Below, one piece after another: positions 58,704 to 64,000 of a DNA stretch of 64,000 nt. Position numbers and translations under genes: made by a program. The notes beneath the pieces are model-generated. The model ran no database searches. It saw nothing but the letters and a program-made list of their open reading frames with translations, and had not been told where the DNA came from. Positions within the stretch are counted from its first letter, which is position 1. The number at the start of each line of letters is the position of its first letter. Source of the stretch: a virus; IMG/VR virus record IMGVR_UViG_3300001589_007665, positions 1 to 64,000 of that record. One strand, 5' to 3'.

Positions 58704-59847
58704 ACTCCAACCTTGGTTTAATAAATTCCTGTATTTGTTCCACTGTCATTGTCGCAATATCCTGATAATCAATCTGGACATCTACAATATTATAAGTCCT
58801 TTCGCATTTCTTGTAAACATTCTCTGCCGCCTTCTTACCAGCATCATCGTTATCCATAATTGTATATATCGTCATAGCTCCTGACGTATCTAAAATCATT
58901 TTTTGAATATCCGCTAAAGAAGATCCAAAGATAGCAACAGAATTATGTATTCCTGCTTCTTCTAGTCTCCATACATTTCCGGGGCTTTCTACTAAAATTA
59001 CAGATCTAGATTGTTTGATATGTTCCTGAGCAAACCAATAATTATAAAGATGATTTTGTGTTTTAAATCCATAATTATGTCTCCATTTACAATAAAGATA
59101 TAGTGACTCTTGTTTTGGACAGTCTTTTTCTAAATGATAATGATTACAAACATCGCACTTTTCTGTAGTAGCACGGCCAGTACATCCTACCATATATTTT
59201 CTATTATTATCATATACAGGAACTACTGCTCTACCAGACATTGGCTTACCACTCTTTATACAATCTCCAACATCATATTTAGTAAGAATATTTTCGCTAA
59301 AACCTCTAGACATAAAATATTTAGAAGGTATATCTAATGAGTTCATAATAGATGTTCTTGATATTTTTTTGGAGTCATCAGGTTTTGTATTACTTATATA
59401 TTTGACAGCATTGACAAAGAGACTTTTTTCTTTATCTTTATTGTTGATTTTTATATTACTTAACTTATCCCCTAGAAATTGTTCAGCAAATGTTATCGTC
59501 TCTTTAAAGGTGCATATATTTTCACTATTATTAGGCCAGTCAAACCTTCTCTTTGATAGACATCCTCTAATAAAACCTAATATCGAAGATTTAAATGTTT
59601 CTTCACACCCATGTGTTCTGCATTTCCAGTTGCCTCTATAAGAATCTCCTGTGTGATATAGATTAAATGCAGAATCATTATCTCCTCCATGTATTGGGCA
59701 ACTACAAATTACCATTTTATCTGATATTCTATAGTCTTCGACGTCTAATACATCTAATAGCTCTTCTATATTATCACAAAGCCTATCTGACATCACCTTT
59801 AGTTGGGCTTGATCAGGAAAATTCGATTGCTTGGTCTTCGTTATCAT
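58696..59847 (-). CDS. dnaG: DNA primase (Zn-binding domain plus TOPRIM)
   Basis: CPIHGGDN...CRTHGC; YFMSRG; RAVVP...GR; LVESPGNV; MDNDDAG. Confidence 0.88.
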   Translation of the reverse strand: MITKTKQSNFPDQAQLKVMSDRLCDNIEELLDVLDVEDYRISDKMVICSCPIHGGDNDSAFNLYHTGDSYRGNWKCRTHGCEETFKSSILGFIRGCLSKRRFDWPNNSENICTFKETITFAEQFLGDKLSNIKINNKDKEKSLFVNAVKYISNTKPDDSKKISRTSIMNSLDIPSKYFMSRGFSENILTKYDVGDCIKSGKPMSGRAVVPVYDNNRKYMVGCTGRATTEKCDVCNHYHLEKDCPKQESLYLYCKWRHNYGFKTQNHLYNYWFAQEHIKQSRSVILVESPGNVWRLEEAGIHNSVAIFGSSLADIQKMILDTSGAMTIYTIMDNDDAGKKAAENVYKKCERTYNIVDVQIDYQDIATMTVEQIQEFIKPRLEYV

Positions 59848-61273
59848 TGATTATAAACCCATCGTTATCAGGAGTGTTACCATTAGTTAATTCTAGTCTA
59901 GTTTGACCTTCTGTGATTTTTGCACACCAACCCTTCATATTGCAGTTGATGTAATCGTTGTCATCCAATCCTCCACCATGTCGACTAATAACAGGCAACA
60001 ACTTTCTATTGCCAGCATTTGGTCCGTCTTCTGCTATTTCTTCATCTGTCTTTCTTTTAAATATTGTAAAGTTGCTACAAAGCCATATAATTCTATCGGA
60101 ACCACTAGCTGTATCAGTACTTTCTTTGGTTATGCCGTCTCTGTTAAGCTGTACAAATGCTACCACAGGAATACCATATTTGCAAGCAAAATTATGTAAA
60201 GAAGTCATCATAAAGCCTAGGACCTGATATTCTTTAAGGTCTTGAGACATACCTTGACTATCCATTAGTTTAAGATAGTCATAGAATACAACACAGTCAT
60301 TAGCTGTACCGTCTGATTTTAAACCTACTTCTTTGACAATCCATCTTCGCATAACAGCTAGCTGTTCTTCAAAAGGTTTACCAGCAATACTTTTATGATA
60401 TAGTGGGATATTTGCAATGTTCTTAGCAGAGTCTTTAATTTTCTTTTTCATATTAGGAGAATCAGCAAATTTACCAGATTCAATTTTATTAATTTCTACT
60501 TCAGTAGACATGGCTAATATTCTATGGATATGATCTTCTTTCGTCATTTCAGTATCCATATTAAGAACTGGTATTTTTAATTCGTTTGCTATATAAAAAC
60601 CCATGTTGTCAGATAAAAGGGTTTTACCAGTTTTCGGTCTTGCAGCAATAACATTGATTGTATTTCTTCTTAATCCTCCGCCAATAGACCTGTCGTATAC
60701 AGGAAAGCCTGTAGAGATACCTATTTGATCTACTGGATTTGTTTCTAGATAATCCACATAATCTTCTATAGAAGAACCCATGGTCGTTGGAGCAGTTTCG
60801 GAATCTGTTAATTTAGAAGAAAAGTCAAATACCGCATCTTCTGCAATACCTAATATAGCAGCTATAGATTCATTACCATTAATGTCTAATATTTTATTTT
60901 GTGTGTTTTTTAATTCTGAATGTAAGTCTCTAGCAATCTGTAGTTTTTTAATTTTGGCAGCAAATTTTCTAGCATTATTACCGTCTACAGGAAAGTCTTT
61001 AATTGCTTTTATATGCTGAGATTCTTGTTTAGTATTTAATAAGTTTGAAAGACCTAGCTCTTGAGCAACAGAGAATACAGATGCTATATCAATATGAACA
61101 CAGGTTTCTTGTTCAGATATATGCTTTAAGCACTGGAACAGATATTGGTTACTGTCTATGGTGAAGGTCTGTTCATCAATTAAATCTGCAATGTCCAAGA
61201 AGGCTTTATCACCACCTTGCATTATTGAACTCAAAACTGCTCTTTCGGCAGCGGGATCACACAATATCATCAA
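59813..61273 (-). CDS. dnaB: Replicative DNA helicase
   Basis: AERAVL, GISTGF, AARPKTGKT, DTEM, YDYLKLM, VQLNR, SRHG. Confidence 0.95.
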   Translation of the reverse strand: MMILCDPAAERAVLSSIMQGGDKAFLDIADLIDEQTFTIDSNQYLFQCLKHISEQETCVHIDIASVFSVAQELGLSNLLNTKQESQHIKAIKDFPVDGNNARKFAAKIKKLQIARDLHSELKNTQNKILDINGNESIAAILGIAEDAVFDFSSKLTDSETAPTTMGSSIEDYVDYLETNPVDQIGISTGFPVYDRSIGGGLRRNTINVIAARPKTGKTLLSDNMGFYIANELKIPVLNMDTEMTKEDHIHRILAMSTEVEINKIESGKFADSPNMKKKIKDSAKNIANIPLYHKSIAGKPFEEQLAVMRRWIVKEVGLKSDGTANDCVVFYDYLKLMDSQGMSQDLKEYQVLGFMMTSLHNFACKYGIPVVAFVQLNRDGITKESTDTASGSDRIIWLCSNFTIFKRKTDEEIAEDGPNAGNRKLLPVISRHGGGLDDNDYINCNMKGWCAKITEGQTRLELTNGNTPDNDGFIINDNEDQAIEFS

Positions 61274-61680
61274 CCAGCTCCTTTAGCACAACTATTACAT
61301 TTATATCTATTTACACCATCAACGATTAGCTGTCCACTAACTTGTTCTTCTTTGCCGCATACTCTACATCTTACATCAATTAATGCTGCTGGCCTGTTAC
61401 GCATAATCGGTTGCGAAGACTTTAATTTTTCGTCTATAGCAACATCATTTTTGTGCATATTTTTTTCTGGCATATCTAAGAATAGGTTCTCTTCTAAACC
61501 ATAAGGCTGTCTTTTTCTAACATTGGGGTTTTTAGATTTAGGAGCAGATATTTTTTTTTGAGGAACTTCTATAGATTCTGATGTTGAAGACTTTTCAGGA
61601 TCAGGAGTTTCTTCCCCGTCTAATGTTTCTATCATTGCATATAATAGTTGTTTTAATTTATCTGTGTCTACATTAGCCAT
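61270..61680 (-). CDS. Hypothetical protein with C-terminal Zn ribbon
   Basis: CRVC...CNSC. Confidence 0.7.
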   Translation of the reverse strand: MANVDTDKLKQLLYAMIETLDGEETPDPEKSSTSESIEVPQKKISAPKSKNPNVRKRQPYGLEENLFLDMPEKNMHKNDVAIDEKLKSSQPIMRNRPAALIDVRCRVCGKEEQVSGQLIVDGVNRYKCNSCAKGAG

Positions 61681-62155
61681 TTTTCACCTTATTCCTTTGT
61701 ATTGAAATAATAATATCTGATAAGTTTTTTAAAGTATTAGCCATATAAGAAAGCCTGTCTATTCTTTGCTTGGCATATCGTTTAATCTTATTTAAAGAAT
61801 CTGCTTTGGAGTTATGTTTGATTGCTTGCAAAGATTTTTCAATATATCCATATCCTTTGTAGCTGTTTATTTCATCAGCAATAACTTCTTTGATTTTGTC
61901 ATCAGACCAATTGTACCTAGCTAGTTCTCTGTTAATAGTTCTCTGTATATGGAAAGCAAATTGAGATAAGCGATATGCTATTTCTCCACATTGATCTGGA
62001 GTAACTTTTTCTAAAACATCCCTAGACATTGTTAAATACTCATTAAGTTCTTCAGAAGGTAGGCTTTCTGTGACGTAATTGGGTAGTCCCATCCCTTGTT
62101 CATATTCATCTAATATTGTATCCCAGTGTTCTAATTCTTCTTTAGTTGTTTTCAT
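61673..62155 (-). CDS. Helical hypothetical protein (possible UvsY-like recombination mediator)
   Basis: Start re-called to MKTTKEEL (ATGA overlap); coiled-coil character; near recA. The function is a guess. Confidence 0.5.
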   Translation of the reverse strand: MKTTKEELEHWDTILDEYEQGMGLPNYVTESLPSEELNEYLTMSRDVLEKVTPDQCGEIAYRLSQFAFHIQRTINRELARYNWSDDKIKEVIADEINSYKGYGYIEKSLQAIKHNSKADSLNKIKRYAKQRIDRLSYMANTLKNLSDIIISIQRNKVKNG

Positions 62156-62556
62156 GTTAATAGTCTGTCTCTCCATTCCTCTTCTGATTCTGAATAAGGA
62201 AGTTCTACGTATTCAATATCGTTTTTTTCACACCATTCTTTTTTTTGCTGATCTCTTTTTCTATGCTTCAAAAATCCTAAAGTGTTGTTGTGATAAAATT
62301 GTACAAATTTATAATGCTGTTCACCGTGAACCTCTATACAAGTTTTACTCAATGGGAGATAAAAGTCAAGATACAAAGTTTCATTTTTTCTAATGGGTGC
62401 TCCTACCTCTTCTAATATCTGCAGTGTGGGGAAACATTCTTTAATTAATTTTCTAGCTTTAAGATGCAGACCCGATTTATTAAGCCTACTACCTTTTGCT
62501 ATATGACCCTTTAAAGACCATTTCTTAATATTGTCGTCCAAATCACTGATGTTCAT
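62152..62556 (-). CDS. Small PD-(D/E)XK / DUF559-like endonuclease
   Basis: LYLDFYLP...CIEVHGEQHY...RD..K; start re-called to MNISD (ATGA overlap with the recA stop). Confidence 0.8.
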   Translation of the reverse strand: MNISDLDDNIKKWSLKGHIAKGSRLNKSGLHLKARKLIKECFPTLQILEEVGAPIRKNETLYLDFYLPLSKTCIEVHGEQHYKFVQFYHNNTLGFLKHRKRDQQKKEWCEKNDIEYVELPYSESEEEWRDRLLT

Positions 62557-63566
62557 TGTATACCCATAGTTGTTTTTACTTCTTTCCAAAGACTATCATA
62601 AATTTTAGGATTCTGTGCTATAAAATCTCTAGCTTTTTCTCCACCTTGAAACTTAGGACTATCTTTGACACCAGAAAAGGTATACCAAGCACCACCTTTA
62701 TCTATCAGTCCCAAATCTGTAGCCAAATTAAACAGTTCCATTTCTTTATCTACTCCAATTCCATATCTAATATAGCTAGTAATTTTAGCACCCGGAGGAC
62801 CTAGAGCAGAACATATTACTTGCCAATCAATCGTTTGACCAATTTGTGTCTCTTCCTTGCCAACGTTCCATGCTTTAAAATATGCTGCTTTTAATTTAAT
62901 ATCTGTTTGATAAGCAATTGCTTGTCCGGATTTTTCTTTCCATTCACTACTGCCATATCCAGGATTGCCCATAAGATGAGTAATTCCTATCACAATATTT
63001 TTATTTACAGGGATTACATTAGCTACTTTTCTACAAAACTTTGCTAATAACTTTGCCCCATCTGCTCTTTGCATTTTGCTCATATCCGATGTAATTTCTG
63101 ATTCTGTACACAACGCAGAATACGAGTCTATAATAACTACTGAACCAGGAACTTCATTAATGATTCTTTCTCCGATTTGTAGATATTCTTCAGCATGTAA
63201 TATTTTCCCTGTTTTAGATCCTATAATATGGAACCTGTCTAAATCTAATCCAGCTATACCGTTAAGGTCTCTCTTTTTCAGCCTACCCTCTATATTTAGG
63301 TAGTACACCTCTCTACCATCAGCAAAATCTCCATGAGCATATTTCTTCTGTTGGGCAATCGCCGCAACAAAAAGAGATGTTGTTGTTTTACCACATTTCG
63401 GCTGTCCTGTAAAGATGACAAAACTACCTTCTGGAATACCTCCGTTAAGGGCTATATCTAAAGAAGGACTTATAGGAATAGTTACAATATTTTTATCAAT
63501 TACAGAATTACCAGATAGTATAATATCATCGCCAAAAGTTTTTTTAATATCAGTTTGTATGCTCAT
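62553..63566 (-). CDS. recA: RecA/UvsX-like recombinase
   Basis: SLDIALNGGIPEG, GQPKCGKTT, VVIIDSYSAL, GLIDKGGAWY...KFQG. Confidence 0.92.
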   Translation of the reverse strand: MSIQTDIKKTFGDDIILSGNSVIDKNIVTIPISPSLDIALNGGIPEGSFVIFTGQPKCGKTTTSLFVAAIAQQKKYAHGDFADGREVYYLNIEGRLKKRDLNGIAGLDLDRFHIIGSKTGKILHAEEYLQIGERIINEVPGSVVIIDSYSALCTESEITSDMSKMQRADGAKLLAKFCRKVANVIPVNKNIVIGITHLMGNPGYGSSEWKEKSGQAIAYQTDIKLKAAYFKAWNVGKEETQIGQTIDWQVICSALGPPGAKITSYIRYGIGVDKEMELFNLATDLGLIDKGGAWYTFSGVKDSPKFQGGEKARDFIAQNPKIYDSLWKEVKTTMGIQ

Positions 63567-63969
63567 CGTCCATATCCTCTAATTTAGAAAGTATATTGTT
63601 TTTAATTTTATTTTTCCGGAAGGTTTTTCCTTGGGCTCTTTCAATAGGTTTTGAAAGTTCATTATTTTCTGTCATTAATTTTTTTTGTTCTGATTCTATT
63701 ACGGGAGATAACAGAGGAGCCCTCAGAGAATATGTATTTCTGGTTTTTGGATTTTTTAATGCTCTAATTATAGCTTTTGCTTTATACTTTTTCAACAGTT
63801 TGTGTGCAGCACCAATTTGATTTTTATAAAAATTTTCCCATTCTTTATTTAACCAGAATCTATAATGCAAATCTTTCTTTTCTCTTTTAGCTTTTTTTTC
63901 ACATATTATTTCTGTAATATACTGAGCATCAGAGACCTCTTTGCCGTTAGAATATTTTGATATATACAT
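63550..63969 (-). CDS. Hypothetical basic protein upstream of recA
   Basis: 139-aa ORF overlapping the recA start; G-rich SD-like sequence upstream. Confidence 0.7.
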   Translation of the reverse strand: MYISKYSNGKEVSDAQYITEIICEKKAKREKKDLHYRFWLNKEWENFYKNQIGAAHKLLKKYKAKAIIRALKNPKTRNTYSLRAPLLSPVIESEQKKLMTENNELSKPIERAQGKTFRKNKIKNNILSKLEDMDDEHTN

Positions 63970-64000
63970 AGCCCCACCTATTGGTTTGGCTTATAAATAT

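Noticed and set aside
1-64000. Stop-codon reassignment (alternative genetic code)
   Set aside because: Coding density is near complete in the standard code, and TAA, TAG and TGA all end genes at sensible boundaries.
1-64000. tRNA, rRNA or structured ncRNA genes
   Set aside because: Intergenic gaps are all under 100 bp and show no cloverleaf or extended structure by eye.

Overview
A 64 kb, AT-rich segment of a large tailed dsDNA bacteriophage (or large prophage-like element), read in the standard genetic code. It has two convergent arms that meet at 43890/43892. The + arm (1-43890) encodes large mosaic proteins that are probably virion/tail components. Their modules include Thr/Pro mucin-like stalks, polyproline tracts, Asp-box, LVIVD-like and RCC1 propellers, vWA, a Gly-rich domain and a cupredoxin-like domain. 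The + arm also encodes an intact S8 subtilase next to a catalytically dead paralog, and two circularly permuted FGE/C-type-lectin-fold domains, one fused to an HExxH metallopeptidase. A conserved RGTGTAWA motif sits 45-53 nt upstream of the start codon in each of the four long intergenic gaps and is a candidate late promoter. The - arm (43892-63969) carries replication and recombination genes: RecA, DnaB, primase, dNMP kinase, a Cas4-like nuclease, an intein-free split DnaE with a DEDDh exonuclease between the halves, SSB and a putative ssDNA-annealing protein. It also has an 8-gene sugar-modification cluster in which only one glycosyltransferase looks catalytically complete. The best candidates for new biology are (i) a putative glycosylated, protease-armed virion surface system, (ii) the permuted FGE/CLec domains, (iii) the two-piece DnaE and (iv) likely ATA/ATT start codons. 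A Planctomycetota-like host is inferred only from domain style. All family assignments come from motif recognition by eye; no database searches were run.
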